NCBI RefSeq assembly: GCF_002501655.1
Contig: NZ_DANY01000024.1
Length of the DNA stretch: 64,000 nt
From: Methanoculleus sp. UBA303
GTDB taxonomy: Archaea; Halobacteriota; Methanomicrobia; Methanomicrobiales; Methanoculleaceae
Reading direction: 5' to 3' (one strand)
The notes beneath the pieces were generated by a model that saw nothing but the letters and a program-made list of their open reading frames with translations, was not told the origin of the DNA and ran no database searches. Made by a program: the position numbers and the translations under genes. Of this stretch, positions 35,811 to 45,359 are shown piece after piece. Each line of letters opens with the position of its first letter. Position 1 is the stretch's first letter.

Positions 35811-36920
35811 ATGCCCGGCGAAACCAGCCTCACGAATAATAGGATTGCAGTACAGAATGCTTCCCGAGCGCGCCGCCATGCGGCCAGGGAAATCGAAATC
35901 ATCCGCCACCTGCTCGCCAACCCGGAGCTCACCACCCTCGAGATCGCCGCCCTCTGTGGGTTTGGCGCCCTCCCGGACGGTGGCCGCGACAACGTCCGGC
36001 GCCAGATGGATCAACTGGAGGGGGAGGGATATCTGGAGGTCGAGGAGCGGCTGCAGTCGGAGACCCGGCGGGTGGGCTACTACTGGATCCGACGCGATAT
36101 CGGCGTCATCCGCGACCTCGCTGCCCGTAGAGAGTATCAGAACTACGCCGACGCGTTCCGGGAGAGCGGCTGGGTGCGGGACATGATACTCGATCAGGGG
36201 ATCGATTTCGACCTCGGGGACTGCCGGGAGGACGCGAGGGAGATGCTCCGGGTCTCCCGCCGGTTCTTCGACTACTGCCTCCACAACCCGGTCAGAGACG
36301 ACGATATTCTCGACTGGACAGCCCGGATCGAGTTCCCGGTTCCCTCGGCGCTCTGGTTCTCAGAACGATTCGACGTCGAGGAGGCACATCAGCCACGGCC
36401 GCACCTGATCTACGACCTCTTCACCTTCTGCATGTTCGCCGATCAGATCGAGACTCCCCTCGACCTGGAGTCCTACGTCTTTCTCACGACAATGGCGAGG
36501 AAAGCCGCCTGCTACCGGCAGACGGCGCGGGGGTACCGGACGTCCGTCGCGGTCATCGACGCGATCCTCGCCGTCCGGGACGCCTGCGATGAGAACGAGG
36601 GCGCCTTCCCCGAGGCCCTGGCCGAGAATCTCGACACGTACGAGGAGTTCCGACGGGTGTTTCTGCGCACGAAACAGCCCCTGCCCGAGCTGCGAGAGGA
36701 GCTGGATGAGACCTACAATGCGATCGCCGCCGACCTCGGTCTCGCGACCGTCCGGGGTGAATGCGAGATTGCATTCGAGGATTTCCGGATCGATGCCCCC
36801 GACGGTGTCGTCATCACCTACAAGGATATCCTGGCGATCGTCGAGCGGGAGTACGATGCGGTGTTTGACGAGATCGAGCGGGAGAATGCCGCTGCCGCCG
36901 ACCAAAAAGAGAAACCGTGA
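35811..36920 (+). CDS. N-terminal winged-HTH protein with acidic helical C-terminus, 369 aa
   Basis: EIIRHLLANPELTTLEIA...NVRRQMDQLEGEGYLEV...YYWI wHTH pattern; host-like codon usage; converges on the integrase. Confidence 0.7.
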   Translation: MPGETSLTNNRIAVQNASRARRHAAREIEIIRHLLANPELTTLEIAALCGFGALPDGGRDNVRRQMDQLEGEGYLEVEERLQSETRRVGYYWIRRDIGVIRDLAARREYQNYADAFRESGWVRDMILDQGIDFDLGDCREDAREMLRVSRRFFDYCLHNPVRDDDILDWTARIEFPVPSALWFSERFDVEEAHQPRPHLIYDLFTFCMFADQIETPLDLESYVFLTTMARKAACYRQTARGYRTSVAVIDAILAVRDACDENEGAFPEALAENLDTYEEFRRVFLRTKQPLPELREELDETYNAIAADLGLATVRGECEIAFEDFRIDAPDGVVITYKDILAIVEREYDAVFDEIERENAAAADQKEKP

Positions 36921-36932
36921 GCGAGCAGGCGC

Positions 36933-38156
36933 TCACCGCGCCTCGCCCAGCCGCTGCTCGATCATGCTCCAGACCGCCTTGAACTCAGGGGTCTGCTCGA
37001 TCTCGCGGCGGACGCCCTCCAGGCCGATCCGGACCTCGTCGGAGAGCGGCTGGCCGCACTGCATGCAGAACTGGTGCGTGGGGGCGTTGATCGTCATGCA
37101 GTTTGCGCACTGGTGGGCGGTCATCGACCCGGTCTGCCGCTCCTCCTCCCGCCGGATCCCCATCCGGGTCAGGATCTCGGTGTCGATGTCCCGGTTGGTC
37201 AGGTGCATGTAGGTGTCGAGCATCGTCGTGTTGACATCGCCCCACATCACCTGCTTGATGATCGACTCGTTGTAGTTGCTCCGGACCATCTCGGTGATCC
37301 GGGAGTGGCGGAAGAGGTGCGGGGTGACGTGCTTCGGCACCCCAGCCCGGTGAGCGATCTTCCGGAGTTGCGCCGCCACCCCGGCGTAGCGCAGCGGGCG
37401 CCGCTGCTGGGAGAGGAAGACCAGCGCCTCGCCGGCCGGCTCGAAGGGGTAGTCGTTCCGCCAGGTGGCCAGATAGGAGGCGGTGGCGATCAGCCGGACG
37501 TAGCGGGGTTTCTCAGTCTTGACGTCGACGTTGACCACCACCCCGTAGTTGTCGAAGAGGACCTGCTCCCAGGTGAGCTCTCCCACCTCCTTGACCCGGA
37601 ACCCGCCCTCGTAGAGCAGCGAGACTATTGCCCGGTCACGGGACGACTGGCACACTCCGATCATCGCCAGGACGTGATCCTCGGTGAGGAGCTGCTCGGC
37701 GGTCTTGGTCATCTTGTCGGTGCGGGGGACTTTAATCTGCTTAACCTTGTCGCGGGGCACCCGGGAGAGGTCGTTCTCGATCAGCCAGAGGTAGAACCGC
37801 TTCAGGAAATTCAGAAAATCCCGCATCGTGTTCTGCCGGTAGGGGTGGCCGTCGACCCGGTGGTTCCGTAGGGCCTCGATCCCGCGGTAGAGATCGTAGA
37901 TCGAGTTCTCGGCATAGGGGCCGATGAACTGCCGCAGGCTGACCAGAGTGTAGGTGATCTTGTTCGCCCGCGAGGTGCCGATGCCTTTCGATGCCCGGAT
38001 CTCGGTGATAAAGTCCCGGATCAGGTCGGCATCTTGCGCCGTGAGGGTGCCCTGCTCCACTCCCCGGCGTAGGGAGTTCTCGGCGTATTCGGGCTTAATG
38101 TTGTGGAATGCGCGATCGTGGACAGTCGGTGCTTTTGATCGTGATTTTACTGGCAT
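36933..38156 (-). CDS. Tyrosine recombinase/integrase with C-terminal zinc ribbon
   Basis: RDRAIVSLLYEGGFRVKE (R), KTEKPR (K), HLFRHSR (HxxR), MWGD and TYMH (Y); C-terminal CANC...CMQC. Confidence 0.95.
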   Translation of the reverse strand: MPVKSRSKAPTVHDRAFHNIKPEYAENSLRRGVEQGTLTAQDADLIRDFITEIRASKGIGTSRANKITYTLVSLRQFIGPYAENSIYDLYRGIEALRNHRVDGHPYRQNTMRDFLNFLKRFYLWLIENDLSRVPRDKVKQIKVPRTDKMTKTAEQLLTEDHVLAMIGVCQSSRDRAIVSLLYEGGFRVKEVGELTWEQVLFDNYGVVVNVDVKTEKPRYVRLIATASYLATWRNDYPFEPAGEALVFLSQQRRPLRYAGVAAQLRKIAHRAGVPKHVTPHLFRHSRITEMVRSNYNESIIKQVMWGDVNTTMLDTYMHLTNRDIDTEILTRMGIRREEERQTGSMTAHQCANCMTINAPTHQFCMQCGQPLSDEVRIGLEGVRREIEQTPEFKAVWSMIEQRLGEAR

Positions 38157-38178
38157 AAAACAGTCTTTTTGCCGCGTA

Positions 38179-38186
38179 CTTATAAG
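38179..38186 (-). promoter_or_regulatory. Probable TATA box of the integrase gene
   Basis: CTTATAAG lies 23-30 nt upstream of the integrase ATG, the canonical archaeal spacing for a leaderless mRNA. Confidence 0.55.
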
Positions 38187-38219
38187 CGTGACGGCAGGGC
38201 TTTTGACCTCAGGAAAGGA

Positions 38220-38294
38220 TGCTGCTAAGGGGATTCGAACCCCTGTCGTAGGAGTGAGAGTCCTACATGATTGGCCGGTCTACACTATAGCAGC
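38220..38294 (-). tRNA. tRNA-Glu(CTC)
   Basis: GCTGCTA acceptor stem, anticodon arm GTAGGA-CTCTCAC-TCCTAC, T-loop GTTCGAATC. Confidence 0.97.
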
Positions 38295-38483
38295 GCATGC
38301 ACACCATTGTGCTCTAAATTATTAGAGCTCATTTTACTTAAACCTATTCCAGGCCGTCCTCTCTCCGCTCCTGCTGGGAACCGGCTAATTGGAGCCTGAT
38401 CCGGGTTCGGATCTCCTCTCCGCTCCACGATTTCCATCACAGACACCAATAAGTAGCTTCCCAGCATACGTGTACCGGCAGCA

Positions 38484-39599
38484 ATGAGCAGTGTCGAAGA
38501 GCAGATACGGGAACTTGAGGACGAGCTCAAAAACACCCCGTACAACAAGGCGACCTCCAAGCATATCGGCCGCCTCAAGGCGAAACTCGCGAAGATCCGT
38601 GACGACGCAGTAACCCGGGCCATGGCCTCCTCCGGAGGGGGTGAAGGGTACTCCGTAAAGAAGTCGGGAGACGCCACTGTTGTTCTGGTCGGCTTCCCGT
38701 CCGTTGGAAAAAGCACGCTGCTCAACCAGCTCACCGGCACTAACCTGAGTGAGACGGCGGCCTATGCCTTCACGACCGTCTCCGTGATCCCGGGCTCGAT
38801 GGAGCACCGGGGTGCAAAGATCCAGATTCTGGATATCCCCGGCCTGATCGCCGGTGCTGCCATGGGCAAAGGGCGCGGAAAAGAGGTGATCGCCGTCGTG
38901 CGGAGCGCCGACCTGATCCTCATCCTGCTCGATGTCTTCAACGAGAGGCATGCGGATGTTCTCCTCCGCGAGCTCCACGACGCCGGTATCCGGATCAACC
39001 GACGAAAACCCGATATCACCATAAAAAAGGCCGCAAACGGTGGTATCCGGCTGAACACCGTCGGCGCCACCGACCTTGATATCGAGGATGTCCGCTCAAT
39101 CCTCGCAGAGAGCAAGATCGTCAACGCCGATGTCCTGCTCCGCGGCGGAGCAACTCAGGACGACCTCATCGACGCCATGATCGGCAACCGTGTCTACGTT
39201 CCTGCGTTCATCGCGGTCAACAAGGTCGATCTGGTGAGCGAGAATACAAGGGCAGAGATCGAGGGTGAGTTGACCGGGCGGTTCGGCGAGCCGCCCATCA
39301 TGATATCGGCGCACAGCGGGTACCATGTTGAAGACCTCAAAGACGCCATATTCGATAACCTGGAGTTCATGCGGGTCTATTTAAAGCCCCTCGGCGGACC
39401 TGCGGATATGGACGAGCCGCTGATCATCCGGAGCCCCGCCACGGTCGAGGATGTCTGCAACCGCCTTCACCGGGAATTCGCGGATAAGTTCCGGTACGCA
39501 AAAGTCTGGGGCGAATCAGCCAAGCATGACGCACAGCGTGTCGGAATAACCCACACGCTCGCGGACGGGGACGTCCTCTCCATCGTCACCCGCCGCTGA
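38484..39599 (+). CDS. DRG/Obg-family GTPase with TGS domain
   Basis: GFPSVGKST, AFTT, DIPG, NKVD; C-terminal TGS (VWGESAKH...VGITHTLADGD). Confidence 0.95.
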   Translation: MSSVEEQIRELEDELKNTPYNKATSKHIGRLKAKLAKIRDDAVTRAMASSGGGEGYSVKKSGDATVVLVGFPSVGKSTLLNQLTGTNLSETAAYAFTTVSVIPGSMEHRGAKIQILDIPGLIAGAAMGKGRGKEVIAVVRSADLILILLDVFNERHADVLLRELHDAGIRINRRKPDITIKKAANGGIRLNTVGATDLDIEDVRSILAESKIVNADVLLRGGATQDDLIDAMIGNRVYVPAFIAVNKVDLVSENTRAEIEGELTGRFGEPPIMISAHSGYHVEDLKDAIFDNLEFMRVYLKPLGGPADMDEPLIIRSPATVEDVCNRLHREFADKFRYAKVWGESAKHDAQRVGITHTLADGDVLSIVTRR

Positions 39600-40701
39600 T
39601 CACTTTTTCAAGGACCGGGAGAGGAGCATCGGTCTTTATGGCCGTTCCGGAGTAGTGCGCGCGGCTTGCCCGGTATCCGAGGGCCGAGAGGCGCTCGATG
39701 ACGGTCCCGATGCCGCCGGGGGAGACCCGCAGCGATTTTGCGATGACGTGGTAGTCGTAGTGACTCGATGTCTCCAGTTCCAGGCGACAGGTCTCAAGCA
39801 GCCGCGCGATCCGTGAGCCCGTCCCGGCCGTGACCGCGGTGAGCGCCTCCTGCATCTCCAGAAGTGTGCGGTCGTCGTTGATGCCCCCTGTCCAGAGGGG
39901 GCCGACCGGCACGAGGTCCGCGCCGCAGAGTGCGCACTCCTCCGGTTCAGGGAGCATCCCCGCCTGCTCTGAGCGGTAAAAGCAGTGCGGGCACTGCATC
40001 ACGTAGCCGAGCCGCGCAAGCGTCCGGTCGGCCGCCGCCGCCCCGTCCCGGAGTCTGAGGTGCAGGCGGTGAAAGTGCTCGTGCGCGTAACAGAAGAGGG
40101 GTTCGACGCCCCGGTCATACTTGATCACCTCGCGCACAACAAATCCTAGAAGCGTCCGGAGGCCGACCTCGGCGTGGTATTCGGTGTTTCGGGGACGGGA
40201 GAAGTAGCGGCGCATACCGGCTTTCAGGTGCGCTCCACAGAGGGGCGCGGTGTCGGTGGCGGTGACGAAGAGGTAGGGCCCGGCGCTCCGGGCCGCAGAA
40301 TCGACGAACGGTGCCGGTGTCCCGAATGGGTCGAGGTCGACGGCATCGAACTTTCTGCTGCTCATAAGAGCGTTCGCGTCCTCCCTGGTGATCTCGGCGG
40401 TGAGGCCCAGCGCCTCCACGTTCTGCCGGATCAGGTTGACCGCCGTTGCGCTACGGTCGTTGATCGTCACCGGTATGCCGACTTCATGTGCCACCCGGAG
40501 TCCCCGGACACCGGATGCTCCCATAGCGTCAAGGTAACTCCCCGGCCGCAGGACGGAGAGCAGGAGGACGGTAGCGTCCCGGTTCAACTCCATGCGCGAG
40601 TTGTAAAAGACCGGGCCGCTTCCCGGCGGGAACTGGAGGTGAGGATCCTGCCTCGGCACAAAAAACCGGGTCTTTCCTTCAGTAACCTCAACAACGTCCA
40701 T
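39586..40701 (-). CDS. trm1: tRNA (guanine-26-N2,N2)-dimethyltransferase
   Basis: VFYNSRMELNRD, DAMGASGVRGLR, DLDPFGTP, VTATD. Confidence 0.95.
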   Translation of the reverse strand: MDVVEVTEGKTRFFVPRQDPHLQFPPGSGPVFYNSRMELNRDATVLLLSVLRPGSYLDAMGASGVRGLRVAHEVGIPVTINDRSATAVNLIRQNVEALGLTAEITREDANALMSSRKFDAVDLDPFGTPAPFVDSAARSAGPYLFVTATDTAPLCGAHLKAGMRRYFSRPRNTEYHAEVGLRTLLGFVVREVIKYDRGVEPLFCYAHEHFHRLHLRLRDGAAAADRTLARLGYVMQCPHCFYRSEQAGMLPEPEECALCGADLVPVGPLWTGGINDDRTLLEMQEALTAVTAGTGSRIARLLETCRLELETSSHYDYHVIAKSLRVSPGGIGTVIERLSALGYRASRAHYSGTAIKTDAPLPVLEKVISGG

Positions 40702-40770
40702 GCTTCTGGAAAAGGTGGATGCTCGATACCCTTATACCTTCTCATGAGTAATACTCTTACTCCGATGTAT

Positions 40771-40845
40771 GGGCTTGTGGCCTAGCCCGGACATGGCGTC
40801 AGCCTCCTAAGCTGAATGTCGGGGGTTCGAATCCCCCCAAGCCCG
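40771..40845 (+). tRNA. tRNA-Arg(CCT)
   Basis: GGGCTTG/CAAGCCC acceptor stem, anticodon arm TCAGC-CTCCTAA-GCTGA, GGTTCGAATCC. Confidence 0.97.
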
Positions 40846-40919
40846 TTGTTTTTCAAATGCCGCCTTTCGGCTGACCCTCTGGTTATTTATCTTCACCGCT
40901 TCAACCTACCTCTTCAAGA

Positions 40920-41759
40920 ATGAGCGCCTCCGCCTTCGTCAGGATTACCCGCCCGCATAACGCCGTCGTTGCCGGCCTTACGGCGCTCCTCGGGTACCTC
41001 ATCGCCACAGGAACCCTCACGCCGCCGTCGCTCCTGCTTGCCGTGGTCGTCGTGCTCATCACCGCCGGCGGGAACGTAATAAACGACATCTATGACGTCG
41101 AGATCGACCGGATCAACCGGCCGGACCGGCCCATACCGTCAGGAGAGATCAGCCTCTCCGGTGCAAAGATGTACACAGTGGCGCTCTTTGCCGGCGGGAT
41201 TGCCTTTGCGACCCTGACGACGGCGCTCTGCCTTGCAATCGCCCTCATCAACTCGGTTATTCTGGTCGCCTACGCCATCTGGCTGAAACGGATCCCTGGC
41301 CTGGGCAACGTGGCTGTCGCTTACCTGGCTGCCAGCGTATTCCTCTTCGGCGGGGCGTTTGCGGGCATCGGAGGACTCGTCCAGAACATATCGCTTGCGG
41401 CGATTACGTTCCTTGCCACCGTCGCGAGGGAGGTCTTGAAAGACGCAGAGGATGTGGACGGGGATGCGGCAGGGGGGGCACGCACCCTCCCGATGATCAT
41501 CGGTATCCGGCGGGCAGGAATGCTGGCGTTCGCCTGTGCCTGCGGTGCCGTGCTCGCAAGCATACTCCCCGTCGGCGACTGGTGGGGTCCCTTCTACCTG
41601 ACCGCCATAGCCGTCGTGGATATCGTCATCCTCTTCGGGGCCTCCCGGGGCCTCTGGTGCACGACATCGGACTGTGTCCGGGGGTCCGGTGCGACGTCGA
41701 TCCTGCGGACGGGAATGTTCGCCGCCCTCGCAGTGTTTGCGGTTGCCGCGGTAATATAA
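40920..41759 (+). CDS. Digeranylgeranylglyceryl phosphate synthase (UbiA family)
   Basis: NDIYDVEIDRINRPDRPIPSG and REVLKDAEDVDGD aspartate motifs; multiple TM helices. Confidence 0.93.
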   Translation: MSASAFVRITRPHNAVVAGLTALLGYLIATGTLTPPSLLLAVVVVLITAGGNVINDIYDVEIDRINRPDRPIPSGEISLSGAKMYTVALFAGGIAFATLTTALCLAIALINSVILVAYAIWLKRIPGLGNVAVAYLAASVFLFGGAFAGIGGLVQNISLAAITFLATVAREVLKDAEDVDGDAAGGARTLPMIIGIRRAGMLAFACACGAVLASILPVGDWWGPFYLTAIAVVDIVILFGASRGLWCTTSDCVRGSGATSILRTGMFAALAVFAVAAVI

Positions 41760-41929
41760 CCGAAACTCCGCCTGCTGAAGTGTCCTATCGAGACCCCCGT
41801 GGCAGATCCAGATTCGCCCCTGTGTCCTCATCGGCCGGGGCAAATGACCAACACCGCCTCGCGGCATTGAAAAATGCCACTGATAATTTTATCTGGTTAC
41901 GGGCCGAGCTGTTATCCCGGGAGATCTTC

Positions 41930-42340
41930 ATGAAAATTTACCGGCACGGGGACACATACATAGCACCGAAAGGTTCCTTTTTTGACGGAAACGTGAAGAT
42001 AGATGGGAACTTCATCACCCCTGCGGAGACGCACATCTGGGGCAACATAATAGTTGGCGGCTGCCTTGAACTCGGGCCACACTCAACGGTCGGCGGTTAC
42101 GTCGAGGCGGAGAGCATCGTCATCGGCCACGATGTCAGGATCAAAGGGCCGCTTCATGTCCTGGAGACCGCCACCGTCTGCGATAACGCGTGCCTCCACT
42201 CCATCCGGGCGGGAGGGAACATCACCCTCCGGCCGGGCGTCAGGGTCGGTGATGTGAACAGCGCCGAGACGATCTTCGTCTATGGAAAGGTCACCAGTGA
42301 GCGGTTATTCGGCAGGGCCGTGAAAGTCTACGGGATCTGA
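41930..42340 (+). CDS. Bactofilin-like / polymer-forming beta-helix protein
   Basis: Repeating GNV/GNI/VGG beta-helix pattern; start MKIYRHG at 41930. Confidence 0.7.
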   Translation: MKIYRHGDTYIAPKGSFFDGNVKIDGNFITPAETHIWGNIIVGGCLELGPHSTVGGYVEAESIVIGHDVRIKGPLHVLETATVCDNACLHSIRAGGNITLRPGVRVGDVNSAETIFVYGKVTSERLFGRAVKVYGI

Positions 42341-43009
42341 TGGCAGCTCGATGCCGAGCAGGGCGGCATCCCTCACCGCGGTCCAGTCCGCGATCGTCTC
42401 CACGCACCCGTCTTTTAAGTTCACAACACCGAGAGCAGTAAGCCCTATCCGGTCACCCATATCGATCCCGTCCTTCACCTCCATGAGGCAGCCGACGCCG
42501 ATGATCGCCCGCGGGCGATACTTTTTGACCATCCGCTTTATGAACGTCGAGCCCGGGACGATGAAGACGCGATACCCGATACCCTCCAGCCACGCTGCAT
42601 TCTCACCGACCGAACAGCGGCCGCATTTCCGGCATTTCAGGCCTTCCGGCGTCAGGTGTGCCGGACACTGCGCCGACCGCAGGCACTGGGGCAGGAAGAC
42701 CGCTCGCTGCTCCACCGGTGTCTCGGCGAAGGCCTTTGAGTTCATGGTGTTCCTGAGCGTTATGAAGAACGTTATGAGATCCTTGTCATCCAGCCCGAGG
42801 AGTTTGCAGAATGCTTTCACCAGCCCCTCCAGGAGGACCATACCGGGTATCAGGATCCGCGGGAGGTAAAACTTTCCTCTCGTGATCGAGGCGGTGGCGA
42901 TGATTGCGAGGGCTACCGCCGCAAGCAGCATACCGAGGATGAGGAAGAACGTAACCTCGCCGATGAGGGTCATCAGCCCGACCCAGATCCCGGAGTCGAA
43001 GAACGTCAC
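42305..43009 (-). CDS. DUF116 domain membrane protein
   Basis: N-terminal TM helices; FLPQCLR, CRKCGRC, IVPGST, GVGC, GC motifs. Confidence 0.85.
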   Translation of the reverse strand: MTFFDSGIWVGLMTLIGEVTFFLILGMLLAAVALAIIATASITRGKFYLPRILIPGMVLLEGLVKAFCKLLGLDDKDLITFFITLRNTMNSKAFAETPVEQRAVFLPQCLRSAQCPAHLTPEGLKCRKCGRCSVGENAAWLEGIGYRVFIVPGSTFIKRMVKKYRPRAIIGVGCLMEVKDGIDMGDRIGLTALGVVNLKDGCVETIADWTAVRDAALLGIELPSDPVDFHGPAE

Positions 43010-43011
43010 GG

Positions 43012-44088
43012 TCAGGCCCCCTGCCCCCGGCGATGAGCCGGATTCCCGACCAGCCGGAACGATTCGCTATACGGCGGCCGGAGCACCCCGATCTCGGTGA
43101 TGATCGCATCGACGAGGTCGAGGGGGGTGGCGTCGAAGGCGTAGTTGAGCACGTTCACGCTGTCGGGCGCGAGCTGCCGGTCGCCGCAGTACGCGAGTTC
43201 GGCCCGGTCCCGCTCCTCGACAGTGATCTCCGACTCCGTCCGGGCAAGGTCGAACGTGGAGAGGGGTGCCGCGACATAGAACGGTATCCCATGGTGGCGG
43301 GCGGCAACGGCGTGCATGTAGGTCCCGATCTTGTTGAAGACCGCGTCCTTTGTTATCCGGTCCGCGCCGACGATGACGAGGTCGATCGCTCCCTTCCGCA
43401 TAAGGTATGCGGCCGAAGAGTCGGGGATGAGGGTCACGTCGATACCGTCCCGGGCGAGTTCCCAGCAGGTGAGCCGGGACCCCTGGTTCAGCGGCCGGGT
43501 CTCGCAGGCGATCACCCGTACGTCCTTTCCGGCCGCAACCGCCGACCGAATGACCCCGAGCGCCGTTCCCCAGCACCGGCAGGCGAGCGCTCCCGCGTTG
43601 CAGTGGGTGAGCGCCGTGCACGCGGTCGGGAAGAGTTCTTCGCCGAACGCACCGAGCCTCCGGCAGGTCAGTTCGTCCTCTTCGGCGACGGCGTTTGCTT
43701 CCGCGACCGCGAGCGCCTTCGCCTCCACGACCGATGCGGCCATTGCAACCTTCCTTGCCACGCGGTCGATCCCCCAGGCGAGGTTCACCGCGGTCGGGCG
43801 AGTGCTCCTGAGCAGGTCCGCGGCCCGCCCGACATCTGCGAGGAACCGGCCGAGATCCGCCTCGGTGCTCCGGACGGCCGCGAGCGCCACGCCCATCGCA
43901 CCGGCGATGCCGAGCGCCGGTGCCCCCCGGACCTCAAGCCTCCTGATCGCCCGGGCGAGGTCCTCGACGGTGGTGCACCGCATCTGCTCGCACCTGCCGG
44001 GGAGGAGGGTCTGGTCGATGTAGACGATGCTCCCGGTCTCTCTCTCCCAGGCGATGGTGCAGAGTTCTTCTCTCTCCGGCATGCTCAT
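43012..44088 (-). CDS. mtnA: Methylthioribose-1-phosphate isomerase (eIF-2B-like family)
   Basis: VRGAPALG, THCNAGALA, ETRPLNQGSRLT, VGADRI, NKIGTY. Confidence 0.88.
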   Translation of the reverse strand: MSMPEREELCTIAWERETGSIVYIDQTLLPGRCEQMRCTTVEDLARAIRRLEVRGAPALGIAGAMGVALAAVRSTEADLGRFLADVGRAADLLRSTRPTAVNLAWGIDRVARKVAMAASVVEAKALAVAEANAVAEEDELTCRRLGAFGEELFPTACTALTHCNAGALACRCWGTALGVIRSAVAAGKDVRVIACETRPLNQGSRLTCWELARDGIDVTLIPDSSAAYLMRKGAIDLVIVGADRITKDAVFNKIGTYMHAVAARHHGIPFYVAAPLSTFDLARTESEITVEERDRAELAYCGDRQLAPDSVNVLNYAFDATPLDLVDAIITEIGVLRPPYSESFRLVGNPAHRRGQGA

Positions 44089-45359
44089 CCCACCCTGACT
44101 GCGTCGAGATACGCCCGCATCGCCGCCGCCCCGCCCATGGCGACCGAGTCCGGTATATCCCTCGGCGCGGTGGCAGTCCCCGCCACGTAGATCCCGGGCT
44201 TCACCGTGAGAACGGGACCGGTCTTCTGGTCGGCAACGCTGAAGAACCCGGTCTCATCTTGCGGGATGCCGAGCATCCGGCCGATCGCCTCCGCTCCTCC
44301 GGCAGGTTCAAGCCCAACGGAGAGCACCACCAGGTCCGGGTGAAACGTCTCCACCTCGCGTGTCTCGGTGTTCTCCGCGATCATCATCAGGTGGTCGTTC
44401 TCCTCAAGCACCTCGCCCGGGAACCCGCGGACGAACCTGACCCCAAGACTCCTCGCCCGCTCGTAATACTCCTCGTAACCCTTGCCGTATGCCCGGACGT
44501 CGTTATAGAATATAGTGACCTCGATACCGGGATTCTTCTCGCGGATGAGCATGGCGTTCTTCATCGCATACATGCAGCAGACCCCCGAGCAGTAAGGGCG
44601 GCCGGCGGCGATGTCCCGGGAGCCGACGCACTGTACGAACGCTATGCTCCGGGGCTGTTTGCCGTTCGAGAGGCGCTTCAGGTTACCGCCCGTCGGGCCG
44701 CTTGCGTTGATCATCCGCTCAAACTCAAGGCTCGTGATCACGTCGGGGATGGTGAGGTAGCGGAAGTGCGCCTTGTTTCGGGCATCAAACGTCCGGTAGC
44801 CGGTCGCGACAATGATGCTTGCTGCCGGGATATCGATCACTCGCTCCTCATCTTCGGCGAGGATCGCCTCCTTGCCGCAGACGTCGTAGCAGAGGCCGCA
44901 CTCGATGCAGTGCTCTTTGTCCTTGATGACGATATCCGGGACTGCCTGGGCATGGGGTTTATAGATCGCCTTCCGGACCCCGATGCCGGCATCGAACTGG
45001 TTGTAGACCTCCACCGGGCAGATCCCTGTGCAGTCCCCACACCCGTTGCACTCGCTCTCGATGATATACCGGGGATGCTTCCTGATCCGGATCCGGAAGT
45101 TCCCCACCTCTCCCTCGACCGACTCGACCTCTGAGCAGGTGTGGATCGTGACGTTTGGGTGCCGGGCCACCTCCACCATCTTCGGCGAGAGGATGCACAT
45201 CGAGCAGTCGTTGGTCGGGAACGTCTTGTCGAGTTGGGCCATATGCCCGCCGATGGTCGGTTCGCGCTCGATGAGGTGCACGTGGATGTTGTGGTCGGCG
45301 AGGTCGAGCGCTGCCTGGATGCCGGCAACCCCGGCGCCGATGACCGCGACGTCAGCCAT
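44085..45359 (-). CDS. hdrA: Heterodisulfide reductase subunit A family flavoprotein (short form, 424 aa)
   Basis: GAGVAG FAD motif, LDKTFPTNDCSMCILSP, two ferredoxin CxxCxxCxxxC motifs, QCVGSRD, CSGVCCMYAMK. Confidence 0.92.
   Translation of the reverse strand: MADVAVIGAGVAGIQAALDLADHNIHVHLIEREPTIGGHMAQLDKTFPTNDCSMCILSPKMVEVARHPNVTIHTCSEVESVEGEVGNFRIRIRKHPRYIIESECNGCGDCTGICPVEVYNQFDAGIGVRKAIYKPHAQAVPDIVIKDKEHCIECGLCYDVCGKEAILAEDEERVIDIPAASIIVATGYRTFDARNKAHFRYLTIPDVITSLEFERMINASGPTGGNLKRLSNGKQPRSIAFVQCVGSRDIAAGRPYCSGVCCMYAMKNAMLIREKNPGIEVTIFYNDVRAYGKGYEEYYERARSLGVRFVRGFPGEVLEENDHLMMIAENTETREVETFHPDLVVLSVGLEPAGGAEAIGRMLGIPQDETGFFSVADQKTGPVLTVKPGIYVAGTATAPRDIPDSVAMGGAAAMRAYLDAVRVG

Larger units (their letters stand above)
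1..38219. mobile_element. Integrated defence island anchored at tRNA-Glu(CTC); left boundary lies outside the window
   Basis: A tyrosine recombinase gene starts 63 bp from the 3' end of tRNA-Glu. Everything to the left is defence or accessory genes with abrupt base-composition shifts; everything to the right is housekeeping. I did not find a second att copy in the window. Confidence 0.8.

Noticed and set aside
1-38219. Second att site (copy of the tRNA-Glu 3' end)
   Set aside because: Not found by eye in the window. It probably lies left of base 1, but an exact string search is needed.
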